Positions 1-10,647 of a stretch of DNA of 64,000 nucleotides are shown in pieces (position 1 is the stretch's first letter; each line of letters starts with the position of its first letter). The position numbers and the translations under genes were made by a program. Source of the DNA: a bacterium. GTDB lineage: Bacteria; JAMCPX01. Location of the stretch: contig JBBIVV010000005.1 of the NCBI GenBank assembly GCA_037439545.1, positions 14,210 to 78,209 on the forward strand, in the 5' to 3' direction. The notes under the pieces are model-generated. The model ran no database searches and was not told the DNA's origin. It saw nothing but the letters and a program-made list of their open reading frames with translations.

Positions 1-32
1 AGATAAACAGTCCGCTGTTTATGGTTTTAATC

Positions 33-1625
33 TTATCCGTTAGTTTTAATTTGTGCATTTTTTTTCAGCTTTTCATCCCGTTCTTTGAGTGCAATCCTGT
101 ACTCCTCTGCGAGATCGAACTCCTCTGCGGATATGAGGACATCCATCTGGTGTGCCTCCCAGTTCCGTTCGAGGCTTTTTGTCAGGGGCATTTTGTTCTT
201 TTTCCTGAAATAAAGGTAATAAAGAATGCCGAGCAATACCCATGCAGGACCGGCTATCCTTCCAATCTTATGCGTGAGTATGACCTCGAACAGCACCATA
301 CCGACACCAAGGAATCCCAGAATGCCAAGTACGGGAAAATCGACGATTCTGTCTTTGTAATGAATTTTTACGTTTAACGGCATTTTATAAGGCCTCGGCG
401 TATAAGGGTCGGAAAAACGGAGTCTGATCAAAGCGACAAAAACAATAAGATATCCCAGTGTTGCTCCGAATGCATACATATTGCCGAGCGTGTCCATAGC
501 CTGCGGTGTTAAGAATGACAGCAGCATTTCAAGAATACCTATGCCTGAAAAAACCACGATTGTCCTCACCGGTGTTCTGTATTTATGATTCACCTTGTCG
601 AACCACTTCGTAATAAGACCGAATTCACTCATTGAATAGGTGAGCCGTGATGCGCTCATAACGCCTGAGTTTGCCGAAATCAGAAGGATTGTGGCACCAA
701 GCAGCGCTGTGACAGGGCCTGCAAGTAATCCTATATAAGGTATTGCATGCGCAAGCGTTGCTATGGGATCGCCTATATGCTGTGCAAAGGTCTGCCACGG
801 CAGCACCCCGAGGCTTAACGTGGAGAATGCAGTTGCAAAGATAAACACGGTAAAGATCAGGGTTACGGATGTGCGGGGTATAATCGTTGCAGGTCTTTTC
901 GTTTCCTGCGCTGCCTGCGAAATGGATTCCAATCCTACGAATGAGATGATCCCGAGCGATGAGCCATACATAAAATTATGTAACGTGGGAAACGATGTTT
1001 GCCACTGTTGAATGAGGAATTCTGGTTTCCATGCGAATAAAAATCCAAAGACTATGACAGAAGACTCTAAGGTAATATCAAAAGCTCCGATCAGTTCGTT
1101 AAAGAGCGACGATTCTTTTATGCCGAGGATGTTCAGCCATATCAGAAAAAGTATGAAAAAGAAAGATTCGGTAAGCCACAGATAATTTATTTGAAGCGTT
1201 CGCAGGGTAAAGATAAAATGCGCCGGTTCTATGCCGAAATAAGGTAAAAAGAAATTTACATAACCCGCTGATGCTACGGAAAACAGGGCAATATCGATAG
1301 TGTAATCGAGCAGGAGTGCTGTCCCTGTCACAAAACCCCAGAAATCTCCGAGCCCGCGCAGAGCAAAGTAATGTCCTCCTCCGGCAACAGGATAGGTTGC
1401 CGCAAGCTCTGTGTAGGCAAAACCTATCATGATATAAACGATGCCTGCTGCTGCGAATGCAAGACTCGCTGCCCCCTGGGCCGCAGCTATGACAAGTCCG
1501 AGTGCGGCATAGATATCGGCACCGACATCTGCATACCCCCACATGTACGAGCCCCATACGGTAATGTCCCTTCTCAATTCATGGGGAAGTTGTGAGGATG
1601 TAGCTGTATCGGTATTGTTACTCAT
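33..1625 (-). CDS. APC-superfamily amino acid permease
   Basis: 530-aa ORF with about 12 hydrophobic segments. N-terminal LRRD..WG..GYADVGADIY, YTELAATYPVAGG and SFVGLESISQAAQE motifs are typical of APC permeases. Confidence 0.88.
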   Translation of the reverse strand: MSNNTDTATSSQLPHELRRDITVWGSYMWGYADVGADIYAALGLVIAAAQGAASLAFAAAGIVYIMIGFAYTELAATYPVAGGGHYFALRGLGDFWGFVTGTALLLDYTIDIALFSVASAGYVNFFLPYFGIEPAHFIFTLRTLQINYLWLTESFFFILFLIWLNILGIKESSLFNELIGAFDITLESSVIVFGFLFAWKPEFLIQQWQTSFPTLHNFMYGSSLGIISFVGLESISQAAQETKRPATIIPRTSVTLIFTVFIFATAFSTLSLGVLPWQTFAQHIGDPIATLAHAIPYIGLLAGPVTALLGATILLISANSGVMSASRLTYSMSEFGLITKWFDKVNHKYRTPVRTIVVFSGIGILEMLLSFLTPQAMDTLGNMYAFGATLGYLIVFVALIRLRFSDPYTPRPYKMPLNVKIHYKDRIVDFPVLGILGFLGVGMVLFEVILTHKIGRIAGPAWVLLGILYYLYFRKKNKMPLTKSLERNWEAHQMDVLISAEEFDLAEEYRIALKERDEKLKKNAQIKTNG

Positions 1626-1653
1626 GATAGTTTCTTATTCAAAACAGACGGAC

Positions 1654-2409
1654 TTACTCGGAAACCTGTGTGAATTTTGCGAGCAGAGTTTTATTTATTT
1701 CTATCCTTCCGTTTGTCCTTGCATCATCGACAAGCCCCTGTATCCACGAGCTGTATGCGGATTGAGCCACATCGTACTTCAACTGCATGCCTGTGTGCGC
1801 GGCATTCCCGGGCATCCCTGCAGATTTCGACGGATTCTCGATTGTGTCCAGCATTTTTACTTCATTGTCGCTGAGAAAAATACCATCGAAGAAAAGTTTT
1901 TTTAATTTTAATGTCAGTATGCTCTGTTTGACATTCTGCTGAAAATTATCGGGGGTTATATTATTGTCCCTCAGCACTGTGTAGTATATTCTCGGATCAA
2001 ACTGGTGTTCTTTGTTGAGAAAAGAGGAAAGATGGGATATCTGGTCCCTTAATTCATCGCTTGTTACCATAAACCCTATGTCATGCGCCTGCTGTACCGC
2101 AACCTCGTCCGATATAAGGTTGTTTAATACCAGAGCGGGAATATTCATGGATGCAATGAGTTCAGGCGTTAACCCGCCTTTAAACTCCTTGCTATAGTTA
2201 TTCAGTGCAATCTTGTACGTGCTGTTAAAACTATCGGTTGATATGGCTTTGCGGTTTACTATGGCTACCGTGCCTTCCGATATGCCCGTGCCGCAGCTCC
2301 TTGCAATACCGAATATGCCTCCAAACCCTCCGAGAAAGGTTATGGCTACTACGAAATAGATCACCTTCAAGCCCCAATTACCCGTGTATTTTCTTATATA
2401 ATTTAACAT
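1654..2409 (-). CDS. SurA/PpiD N-terminal-domain periplasmic chaperone, short form with no recognisable parvulin domain
   Basis: MLNYIRK start, N-terminal TM anchor, VAIVN..AIS motif and GFMVTSDELRDQI..LSSF..FDP.IY segment typical of PpiD/SurA_N. Start moved to ATG 2409. Confidence 0.78.
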   Translation of the reverse strand: MLNYIRKYTGNWGLKVIYFVVAITFLGGFGGIFGIARSCGTGISEGTVAIVNRKAISTDSFNSTYKIALNNYSKEFKGGLTPELIASMNIPALVLNNLISDEVAVQQAHDIGFMVTSDELRDQISHLSSFLNKEHQFDPRIYYTVLRDNNITPDNFQQNVKQSILTLKLKKLFFDGIFLSDNEVKMLDTIENPSKSAGMPGNAAHTGMQLKYDVAQSAYSSWIQGLVDDARTNGRIEINKTLLAKFTQVSE

Positions 2410-2700
2410 AACAAGTGAGTATATTAAGCGATAATAAAAAATCAAGTGTTTTACTATCTGCGGTTTTCTCTGTTTCCTCCTTATTTTTGAGGTTTATAAA
2501 AAGCACGAATCATACCATAATCCTCCTTAGACGAAACCGCCTCTTTTATGCCTGACAAATATAAACATTTTTGCACATACGCTTCAATTATGTTTTTCAT
2601 TCACTTTATTGTAGTTCCAGGATTACGGTAATTATGTTATTGAAGGGCAGAAACAAATTTATTATACTACCGCGGTATAAATCATTATAGGAGGCGCATT

Positions 2701-3690
2701 ATGCCGGAGAACACATGGGCAATAGGTATCGATTTCGGCGCCACAAAGATCGAGGTGGCAGGAGTTGACGGACAAGGAAGGCTCATGAACCGCCTCATGT
2801 TCACTATGAACGCTACAGGCGGTTATGACAAGGTCGGGCCGGAAATCATACAGGTTGTCAGGAAGCTCATTAAAACTGCAGACCGCAAACCCGCAGGCGT
2901 GGGCGTGGGCATGGCTGGGCAGATAGACCCGTCAAACGGTATGGTTATTTTCTCGCCGAATTTAGACTGGCATAATGTGCCGCTTCAGGATGATCTTGCG
3001 CAGGAGCTCGGGCTGCCCGTTGCGGTTACCAATGATGTCCGTGCTGCTGCATGGGGTGAGTGGCTCTATGGCGCAGGCAGGGGATACCATGACCTTGTGT
3101 GCGTTTTTGTAGGTACCGGCGTGGGCGGAGGTATTGTATGCAACGGAAGAATGCTTGAAGGATGCAGCAACACGGCAGGCGAGATAGGTCACATAACCAT
3201 CGATCTGAACGGTCCTCCCTGCCACTGTTCGAATCACGGATGCCTCGAGTCTCTCGCAGGAGGGTGGGCCATAGCAAGGGATGCACAGGAAGCGGTTGCA
3301 CGCGACCGGACGGCAGGGGCGGTCATGTTAAGACTTGCACACGGGGACAAAAAAGCGATATCAGCTAAAATTGTTTCTATGGCCGCGCATCAAAACGATG
3401 CACTTGCCTCGGAGATCGTTAAAAATGTATCAAACGCACTCGTTGCAGGAATGACAGGACTGGTCAATGCATTCAATCCCTGCGTATTGATCCTCGGGGG
3501 CGGCGTCATAGAAGGACTTCCCGAGCTCGTAAGCATCATAGACCGCGGCGTACGCAGCCGCGCCCTCGGTACTGCAAGCAAAAAACTGAAGGTCGTCCAT
3601 GCGGAACTGCAAAGGGATGCCGGGGTAGTGGGGGCCGCGGCCTTTGCAATCCATACATTTCCGGGCAAAAGTTTCCAAAGAAACGGATAA
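2701..3690 (+). CDS. glk: ROK-family sugar kinase (glucokinase-like)
   Basis: IGIDFGATK, NDVRAAAWGE, GTGVGGG and AGEIGH..CHC.NHGCLE ROK zinc motif. GGAGG RBS upstream. Confidence 0.88.
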   Translation: MPENTWAIGIDFGATKIEVAGVDGQGRLMNRLMFTMNATGGYDKVGPEIIQVVRKLIKTADRKPAGVGVGMAGQIDPSNGMVIFSPNLDWHNVPLQDDLAQELGLPVAVTNDVRAAAWGEWLYGAGRGYHDLVCVFVGTGVGGGIVCNGRMLEGCSNTAGEIGHITIDLNGPPCHCSNHGCLESLAGGWAIARDAQEAVARDRTAGAVMLRLAHGDKKAISAKIVSMAAHQNDALASEIVKNVSNALVAGMTGLVNAFNPCVLILGGGVIEGLPELVSIIDRGVRSRALGTASKKLKVVHAELQRDAGVVGAAAFAIHTFPGKSFQRNG

Positions 3691-3706
3691 AGCAAACTAC
3701 GCGGGA

Positions 3707-5206
3707 CTACCGCAGGTTATTCAGCCTTCCGGCCGTCTTCCATTTTGATGCATTGTCTCCCTGACTGTGTGTCCCGGTGTTTTCATGATTGTCCTTCCCT
3801 GTTATACCGGGCAGGGAACTTGCAATCGCTGCCATAACCCATAGTGGGGAAGCGTCCTTGACGAAGCCGTTCATTTCCTGATCAAGAAAACCTGTGTTTA
3901 TATCCCCGTTCACAAATCTTTGGTGTTTAAGCAGCCATTGGTAAAGCGGTATGGTCGTTGAAATGCCTACAATCCTGTATTCGCTGAACGCCCTGAGCAT
4001 TCTATCGATGGCTTCCTGCCTGTTTTTGCCATGGGACTGGATCTTGGTTATCAGAGAATCATACCAGCCGGGGACGTCAAAGCCTTCATATACCCCGCTG
4101 TCGACGCGTATGCCGGCACCCTGGGGTTCTCTCAGGTATGCGATCTTACCCGGTGTAGGCGCGAAATCACTTGCCGGATCCTCTGCAACAATCCTGCATT
4201 CAATAGCACTGCCTGACAGCGTTATGTCAGACTGTTTGAAAGCGAGCTTATCTCCATGTGCTATCCTGATCTGTTCTTTTACAATATCGATACCTGTGAC
4301 GAGTTCGGTTACCGGATGTTCAACCTGTAATCTTGTGTTCATCTCCATGAAGTACAGTTCGCCGTGTTCGTCCATTATGAATTCAATGGTCCCGGCATTG
4401 TAATATCCTGCAGCCTTTGCAGCCGATACTGCCATGGCACCGACCTTTGCCCGCTTTTCAGCATTCATGACAGGGGATGGGCTTTCTTCGATGAGCTTCT
4501 GATGCTTTCTCTGTATGGAACATTCTCTTTCGTTGAGGTGAATCACAGTGCCCTGCCGGTCACCGAGTATCTGAAACTCGATATGCCGTGGGTCCCTGAT
4601 AAACTTCTCTATGTAAAGTGAGCCGTCCCCGAAAGCCGACAGAGCCTCTGAAGACGCCCGTTCGAATGCAGATGCAAGGGACTTTTCCTCTTCGACGAGC
4701 CTCATGCCTTTACCGCCGCCGCCGCTTACGGCCTTTATCATGACAGGGTAGCCTATTTCATCTGTTATCTTTTTGGCAGTCTTCACGTCCGGAACAGGAT
4801 CGATGGTGCCGGGTACGATGGTAACCCCTGCACTTTTTGCAAGCCTTCTTGCACTGATCTTATCGCCCATTGCCTTTACGGATTCCGGAGAGGGACCTAT
4901 GAATACAATTCCGCTGTCCGAGATTTTTTTCGCAAATACCGTGTTTTCTGCAAGGAAACCGTACCCCGGGTGAATTGCGTCTGCCGAGCAGGCTCGAGCA
5001 ATACCGATGATCTTGTCCATGTTCAGGTAGCTTTCGGAAGGCTGTGAATGTCCCAGATAATACGCCTCGTCGGCCATTCTTACATGCAGGGCGTTCCTGT
5101 CGGCATCGGAATAAACGGCGACTGCCTCTATGTTCATCTCGTGACATGCACGGATAATCCTTACTGCTATCTCGGAACGGTTTGCTATGAGTATTTTTTT
5201 AAACAT
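3707..5206 (-). CDS. accC: Biotin carboxylase subunit of an acyl-CoA carboxylase (no biotinyl domain)
   Basis: KKILIANRSEIA, IHPGYGFLAEN, GGGGKGMR, RECSIQRKHQK and EMNTRLQVEH motifs. Start moved to ATG 5206. Confidence 0.92.
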   Translation of the reverse strand: MFKKILIANRSEIAVRIIRACHEMNIEAVAVYSDADRNALHVRMADEAYYLGHSQPSESYLNMDKIIGIARACSADAIHPGYGFLAENTVFAKKISDSGIVFIGPSPESVKAMGDKISARRLAKSAGVTIVPGTIDPVPDVKTAKKITDEIGYPVMIKAVSGGGGKGMRLVEEEKSLASAFERASSEALSAFGDGSLYIEKFIRDPRHIEFQILGDRQGTVIHLNERECSIQRKHQKLIEESPSPVMNAEKRAKVGAMAVSAAKAAGYYNAGTIEFIMDEHGELYFMEMNTRLQVEHPVTELVTGIDIVKEQIRIAHGDKLAFKQSDITLSGSAIECRIVAEDPASDFAPTPGKIAYLREPQGAGIRVDSGVYEGFDVPGWYDSLITKIQSHGKNRQEAIDRMLRAFSEYRIVGISTTIPLYQWLLKHQRFVNGDINTGFLDQEMNGFVKDASPLWVMAAIASSLPGITGKDNHENTGTHSQGDNASKWKTAGRLNNLR

Positions 5207-5215
5207 ATTTCCCTT

Positions 5216-5340
5216 TAAATTTCTAATCCCGAATGTCTGACTGCTAAACAAAGTGGAGCATAAAATTAAAACACTTCAAATTCTTTAAAATTTCTAATTT
5301 TGATATTGTTTAGAAATTAGGTTTTCAAATTTAGAATTTA
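5216..5340. repeat. AT-rich imperfect inverted-repeat element built of ~7-nt units (copy 1)
   Basis: Left arm 5216-5251 ends CTAAACAA and right arm 5306-5340 begins TTGTTTAG. The right arm matches the right arm of the 22441-22524 element at 23 of 35 ungapped positions (counted by eye). Confidence 0.6.
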
Positions 5341-5349
5341 TCCTTTCGC

Positions 5350-6900
5350 CTAAAGCGGTATGTTCCCGTGTTTTTTCTTCGGGTTGGTATCGGTCTTGTT
5401 TTTCAGCATCCGCAGGGCTGAAATGATCTTGAACCTTGTGGCAGACGGTTTTATAATCTCATCTATATAGCCGAGCTCTGCAGCCTTCCATGGAGATGCA
5501 AATTTCTCCCTGTATTCTTCCGTGAGTTGTGTACGCTTTGCCTCCGGATCGTTTGCTGCATCGAGCTCTTTTCTAAAGATAATATTAACGGCACCGTCAG
5601 GTCCCATGACCGCGATCTCAGCGCTAGGGTATGCGTAATTGATATCGGCTCTTATGTGCTTGCTCGACATAACGTCATACGCACCGCCGTATGCTTTTCT
5701 TGTAATAATGGTTATCTTCGGCACTGTTGCCTCTGCAAAGGCATAAAGCAGTTTAGCACCCTGCCTTATTATGCCTCCATGCTCCTGGACTGTTCCCGGT
5801 AAAAATCCCGGCACGTCTTCAAGCGTGATCAGCGGGATGTTGAATGCATCGCAAAATCTTACAAACCGTGCCCCTTTTACAGAGGCATCTATGTCCAGGG
5901 TACCTGCAAGATACGCCGGCTGGTTTGCAATAATACCGGCAGACATACCCCCATACTTTGCAAAGCCGACAACAATATTGGGTGCATACGTCTCATGGAC
6001 CTCGAGGAAATACCCGTCGTCCACCGTAGCAAATATCAACTCTTTCATATCATAAGGTTTATTGGGCTGGTCCGGAATCAGGTTGTCAAGCTCGGGTGAC
6101 AGGCGATCTGCCGGGTCCGATGTTTCCTTGTAAGGAGGATCATCGAGATTGTTCGAGGGTATGAACCCTACAAGTTCTCTTAACCCGATCAGGCATTCTT
6201 CGTCATTATCGAAGACAAAGTGTGCGATACCGCTCTTCGTGGCATGGGTCATTGCACCGCCGAGTTGTTCCTTTGTCACCTCTTCATGCGTTACCGATTT
6301 TACGACATCAGGACCTGTTACGAACATGTAGCTCGTGCCTTTTGTCATAAAGATAAAATCCGTTATTGCTGGCGAGTAGACAGCCCCGCCGGCGCATGGT
6401 CCCATGACCGCCGAGAGCTGGGGAACAACGCCTGAAACCAGCACGTTGCGCAAAAATATATCGGCATAGCCTGCGAGGCTTTCAACCCCCTCCTGGATCC
6501 GTGCACCGCCGGAATCATTGAGTCCGATGACAGGCGCGCCGTTTTTTAAAGCAAGGTCCATAATCTTGCAGATTTTCTTTGCGTAAGCCCCTGATAATGA
6601 GCCGCCGAATACGGTGAAGTCCTGCGAAAACACATAGACAAGCCTGCCGTCGATCGTGCCGTAACCTGTAACCACGCCGTCGCCGAGATACTTCTGCTTG
6701 TCCATGTTGAAATCAATCGCCCGGTGCATTACAAACTTATCGAGTTCTACAAAGCTTCCCTTGTCGAGCAGTATGTCGATGCGCTCCCGTGCGGTAAGCT
6801 TGCCGGCCTGGTGCTGTTTCTCGATGCGCTGCTCACCGCCGCCAAGCTCGGCCTCCTCATTCATCCTTTCCAATTCTTTTATACGCTTTTCATAAGACAT
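5350..6900 (-). CDS. pccB: Acyl-CoA (propionyl-/methylmalonyl-CoA) carboxyltransferase beta subunit
   Basis: [39 protein letters not shown] and C-terminal KKHGNIPL motifs. Confidence 0.93.
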   Translation of the reverse strand: MSYEKRIKELERMNEEAELGGGEQRIEKQHQAGKLTARERIDILLDKGSFVELDKFVMHRAIDFNMDKQKYLGDGVVTGYGTIDGRLVYVFSQDFTVFGGSLSGAYAKKICKIMDLALKNGAPVIGLNDSGGARIQEGVESLAGYADIFLRNVLVSGVVPQLSAVMGPCAGGAVYSPAITDFIFMTKGTSYMFVTGPDVVKSVTHEEVTKEQLGGAMTHATKSGIAHFVFDNDEECLIGLRELVGFIPSNNLDDPPYKETSDPADRLSPELDNLIPDQPNKPYDMKELIFATVDDGYFLEVHETYAPNIVVGFAKYGGMSAGIIANQPAYLAGTLDIDASVKGARFVRFCDAFNIPLITLEDVPGFLPGTVQEHGGIIRQGAKLLYAFAEATVPKITIITRKAYGGAYDVMSSKHIRADINYAYPSAEIAVMGPDGAVNIIFRKELDAANDPEAKRTQLTEEYREKFASPWKAAELGYIDEIIKPSATRFKIISALRMLKNKTDTNPKKKHGNIPL

Positions 6901-6931
6901 AAATTACCCCGCTCTTCCGTCATTCTTCAGT

Positions 6932-8059
6932 CTATAACAGGCACTGCTCCATCTTGTCCACAACCTGTTTCTGCTGTTCTACCGATAACTCAGGGTACAT
7001 GGGAAGGCTTAACACCTGTTTTGCGGCGAGCTCCGACTGTTTCAGACTGCCCTTTTTATACCGGAGATATCGAAAAACCGGCTGGAGGTGAAGCGGTATG
7101 GGATAGTAGACCTCTGTTCCAACTCCTTCCTGTTTCAATGCGTCCCTTACCTTGTCCCTGTTTTTCACACGCACCGTGTATTGATGGAATATGTGGGTCA
7201 TGTCGTCAGGTACTCCGGGAAGAACAATCCTGTTTTGCAGCCCCGTGCCGGTGAAGTATTCGTTATACCGTTTTGCGAGCTCCATCCTTGTGTGGTTCCA
7301 TTGCTCTATATGATTAAGTTTTATCGACAGTACGGCAGCCTGCAGGCCGTCCATTCTGCTGTTAATGCCGGGATACTTATGTACATATCTTTCCGGGGAT
7401 CCATGCACCCTCAATACACGCAGCATTCCGGCAAGCTTATCATCGTTCGTGACAACCATGCCGCCATCACCCGCACCCCCGAGGTTCTTGGTCGGATAAA
7501 AAGAAAAACATCCCATATCACCGATCGTGCCGGCCTTTTTATATTCATTATTATATATGCATCGTGCACCGAAAGCCTGAGCAGCATCCTCTATGACCTG
7601 CACACCGTACTTTTTCGCAAGTTTCATAATGCCCTGCATGTCAGCGCTCCTTCCGTACAGGTGGACAGGCAGGATTGCCTTTACCGTGCGGTGTCTTTTC
7701 AGGGCTTGCTCGACCATGGGTACGGACAGGTTAAAGGTGCCGGGCTCTATATCCACGAACACAGGATCAGCACCAAGCCGAGTGATAGCAGATGCGGTTG
7801 CAAAGAATGTAAACGGCGTCGTTATTACCCTGTCTCCTTTTTTAATGCCGACGGCTAAAAGGGACAGATACAGTGCATCGGAACCTGATGCAACAGCAAC
7901 GGCATGTTTTATGCCGAGGTACGACTCGCACGCTTTTTCAAATTCATTGACAAAATTACCGAGCACAAACTGCTGGGTCTCGAAAACCTGTTTCACCTTC
8001 TGTAAGATCTCTTCATTCAGTTTGCGATAATGTTCCGTGAGGTCTAATTGTTTAATCAT
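6932..8059 (-). CDS. DegT/DnrJ/EryC1/StrS PLP-dependent sugar aminotransferase
   Basis: IEDAAQAFG, CFSFYPTKNLGGAGDGG, NSRMD.LQAA and SLPMYP motifs. Start 8059 follows AAAGGA. Confidence 0.92.
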   Translation of the reverse strand: MIKQLDLTEHYRKLNEEILQKVKQVFETQQFVLGNFVNEFEKACESYLGIKHAVAVASGSDALYLSLLAVGIKKGDRVITTPFTFFATASAITRLGADPVFVDIEPGTFNLSVPMVEQALKRHRTVKAILPVHLYGRSADMQGIMKLAKKYGVQVIEDAAQAFGARCIYNNEYKKAGTIGDMGCFSFYPTKNLGGAGDGGMVVTNDDKLAGMLRVLRVHGSPERYVHKYPGINSRMDGLQAAVLSIKLNHIEQWNHTRMELAKRYNEYFTGTGLQNRIVLPGVPDDMTHIFHQYTVRVKNRDKVRDALKQEGVGTEVYYPIPLHLQPVFRYLRYKKGSLKQSELAAKQVLSLPMYPELSVEQQKQVVDKMEQCLL

Positions 8060-8064
8060 ACTGC

Positions 8065-9993
8065 TTATCCTTTCCATTTACCGGTCTTCATTCCTCTGAG
8101 CCACAGTTCCAGTGTCAGAAACAGCCATAGCTTTAGACCGTGATCCCTGACCTCGTTCTGATGCTCGTCAAATATGCGTTTTACTTCACCCGCGTTCAGG
8201 TATGCATTGATCTCCGGGCTGCCTGCCACTATATGTTCTTCGAGATAGGACCTCAGGTTGCCCCTGAACCATGCTCCAAGCGGCACCCCGAATCCCATCT
8301 TGCCTCTGTGCATTAACTCATGCGGCAAAATGTCTCTAAAGGTGTACTTCAGGTCAGCTTTTGTTTGCAAGCCATTTAGCTTTAAATGGTCCGGTATTGT
8401 AAATGCATATTCAATGAGCCCGGTATCGAGGAACGGGGACCTGCCTTCCAGACTGTTCGCCATGGACATCCTGTCCATCTTGACCAAAAGGTCATCCGGC
8501 AGATATGTTTTGAAATTAAGATAGAGCAGCTGTGTCAATACGGAAGTCTTCTCCATACCCTCAAGCTGCGAAGTAAAGTACGAAAGCATCCTTTCTTCGT
8601 AATCATCGTCGCCCGACGGGGCATGCAGGGACGGGTTAAGGAATTGTTCAAGATTTTCAAGCTGAATATATGATATCCAGTTTATATACCTCGCAATAAG
8701 AGGTTTGTTCAGTGCCTTCAAGAACCTCTTTGCTTTTGACAAGGCATTCCTTTCTGATTTAAAATTGGGTATGAGCCCCGCCGTGCCTGCGAGAAACCTG
8801 CGGAGAGACGCAGGGATCATTTCCGCGAATCTGCTTGCCGTAAATCTCGTATAGCCAGCGAAAAGTTCATCCCCTCCATCTCCGTTCAGGGCAACGGTAA
8901 CATGCTGTCTTGTCAGGTTCGATACGATGTAGGTCGGTATTGCCGATGCATCTCCAAAAGGCTCATCATAATGATATATGAGTTTATCTATGAGATCTAT
9001 GGCCTTCGGTGTAACGATAAAAACATGGTGTTCTGTGGCATACTTTTTGGCAACGATGTTTGCATATCTTGTTTCATCATAACGCGGATCCTCAGAAAAA
9101 CCTATTGAAAATGTTTTCACCGGGCTGGACATGAGCCTGCTCATAATGCCCGTTATGATGCTCGAATCGATCCCCCCGCTCAGGAACGTGCCAAGCGGGA
9201 CATCCGAGATGAGCCTTTTCTGTACGGCATCGGTAAATTTTAGACGAAGCAAGGGATCGTCTTTGGAATACTGATCGTCGTCCACCGCGGTGTTGATTAT
9301 ATGTTCTTTCAGATGCCAGTAATTCCTGGTCTCGACCTCTCCCGCGTGTGTGTAAACAGCATAATGAGCCGGCTCTAATTTAGCGATACCTTTATAAAAG
9401 GTCTGCGGCGGCTGAGCATATCCATACACCAGATAAAACGGCAGTGCCTGTTCGTTGATATTGATCTCCTGATCCGGAAGCAGTGAAAGGATTGCTTTTA
9501 TCTCGGATGCGAACAGCAGGCGCTTTGCGTCGTGATAATAGTACAGAGGTTTTTTGCCGACCCTGTCTCGTGCGAGTATAATTTTATGCTGTTTCTGATC
9601 ATAGATGGCAATGGCGAACATACCGTCAAGCATTGCGATTGAATCCTCGCCATACTGTTCGTAAAGGTGTACGATGACTTCCGTATCGCTGTTCGTAACG
9701 AAACGATAATTCTGTTTCAGCCGTTCCCTGAGTTTTACAAAGTTATATATCTCTCCATTAAAAATAACCCATACATCTCTTCTCTCGTTGGTCATGGGCT
9801 GATTTGCCGATGATGAAAGATCTATGATTGAAAGCCTTCTGTGCCCGAATCCGACGCATGGGATGCTCTGGTTGTCGATATAAATGCCGTTTGCATCCGG
9901 GCCCCGGTGGACCAGCTTGTTCGTTGCATCTTCAAGGGCCTTTTTATCGATCTTTTTCCCGTCGAACTGTACAATACCGGCTATGCCGCACAT
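8065..9993 (-). CDS. asnB: Asparagine synthase (glutamine-hydrolysing)-family amidotransferase, probably polysaccharide-related
   Basis: N-terminal MCGIAG, HRGPD, FNGEIYN, LSGGIDSS, GDGGDELFAGY and DRMSMANSLE motifs. Confidence 0.92.
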   Translation of the reverse strand: MCGIAGIVQFDGKKIDKKALEDATNKLVHRGPDANGIYIDNQSIPCVGFGHRRLSIIDLSSSANQPMTNERRDVWVIFNGEIYNFVKLRERLKQNYRFVTNSDTEVIVHLYEQYGEDSIAMLDGMFAIAIYDQKQHKIILARDRVGKKPLYYYHDAKRLLFASEIKAILSLLPDQEININEQALPFYLVYGYAQPPQTFYKGIAKLEPAHYAVYTHAGEVETRNYWHLKEHIINTAVDDDQYSKDDPLLRLKFTDAVQKRLISDVPLGTFLSGGIDSSIITGIMSRLMSSPVKTFSIGFSEDPRYDETRYANIVAKKYATEHHVFIVTPKAIDLIDKLIYHYDEPFGDASAIPTYIVSNLTRQHVTVALNGDGGDELFAGYTRFTASRFAEMIPASLRRFLAGTAGLIPNFKSERNALSKAKRFLKALNKPLIARYINWISYIQLENLEQFLNPSLHAPSGDDDYEERMLSYFTSQLEGMEKTSVLTQLLYLNFKTYLPDDLLVKMDRMSMANSLEGRSPFLDTGLIEYAFTIPDHLKLNGLQTKADLKYTFRDILPHELMHRGKMGFGVPLGAWFRGNLRSYLEEHIVAGSPEINAYLNAGEVKRIFDEHQNEVRDHGLKLWLFLTLELWLRGMKTGKWKG

Positions 9994-9994
9994 A

Positions 9995-10585
9995 TTATAT
10001 CCTTCCCAGCATGTAATAGCCTATCAGCTTAAAATATTCCATCATTATGAATCTTGCATCCTTTATGCGGAAACCCATGCCCTCCTGAGATATCCCGGGT
10101 TTATAAGACGAACAATTATAGATTTCGATACCTGTGCCTTTAAAAACATTTTTTGCAACAAGGTACGACCTGAGCTGATGGTAGGGCGACGTTACGATCA
10201 AAATCGATTGAAATCCGTGTTTTAAGACTATAGGCTTCGAGAAAAAAAAATTCTCATACGTGCTCCTCGCATAAGGCTCTATGAGGATTACTTTCTTCTG
10301 GATACCATAATGTGCAGCTACTTTAGATAAGAACTCACCGCTGTCTCCTGCTGTTCCATAACCGGTAAAAATTATGTAATCTGCATACCCCTGTTTATAA
10401 AGCTCAATGGCTTTTTTTGTGCGCAGGTAATAGGGATCCGCATCGCCGCTCAGTACTATTATGGCATCTGCTTTATGCGGCACATCACCTATATAGAGCG
10501 TCCTTTCCAGCAATGGAAAGGAAAAAAACAACCCTGCGGCAAGGATAAAGACACCTGCAGCTATAAAAATGCATTTACGCCTCAT
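9995..10585 (-). CDS. YdcF/ElyC/SanA-like (DUF218) protein
   Basis: N-terminal TM segment, ADAIIVLSG, EPYARSTYEN, VTSPYHQLRS and EYFKL motifs. Confidence 0.88.
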   Translation of the reverse strand: MRRKCIFIAAGVFILAAGLFFSFPLLERTLYIGDVPHKADAIIVLSGDADPYYLRTKKAIELYKQGYADYIIFTGYGTAGDSGEFLSKVAAHYGIQKKVILIEPYARSTYENFFFSKPIVLKHGFQSILIVTSPYHQLRSYLVAKNVFKGTGIEIYNCSSYKPGISQEGMGFRIKDARFIMMEYFKLIGYYMLGRI

Positions 10586-10593
10586 AAGTGGTT

Positions 10594-10621
10594 ATTATAC
10601 ATTAAACGTCGTACGTGGCAA
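10594..10621 (-). promoter_or_regulatory. Sigma70-like promoter, candidate leaderless
   Basis: Minus strand reads TTGCCA-N16-TATAAT-N8-ATG, with no Shine-Dalgarno. Confidence 0.55.
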
Positions 10622-10647
10622 GCGCCGCTCTGTCCCCTTCTTGCAGA

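Noticed and set aside
7088..7858. 256-aa plus-strand ORF
   Set aside because: It is antisense to the well-supported DegT aminotransferase and has no motifs.
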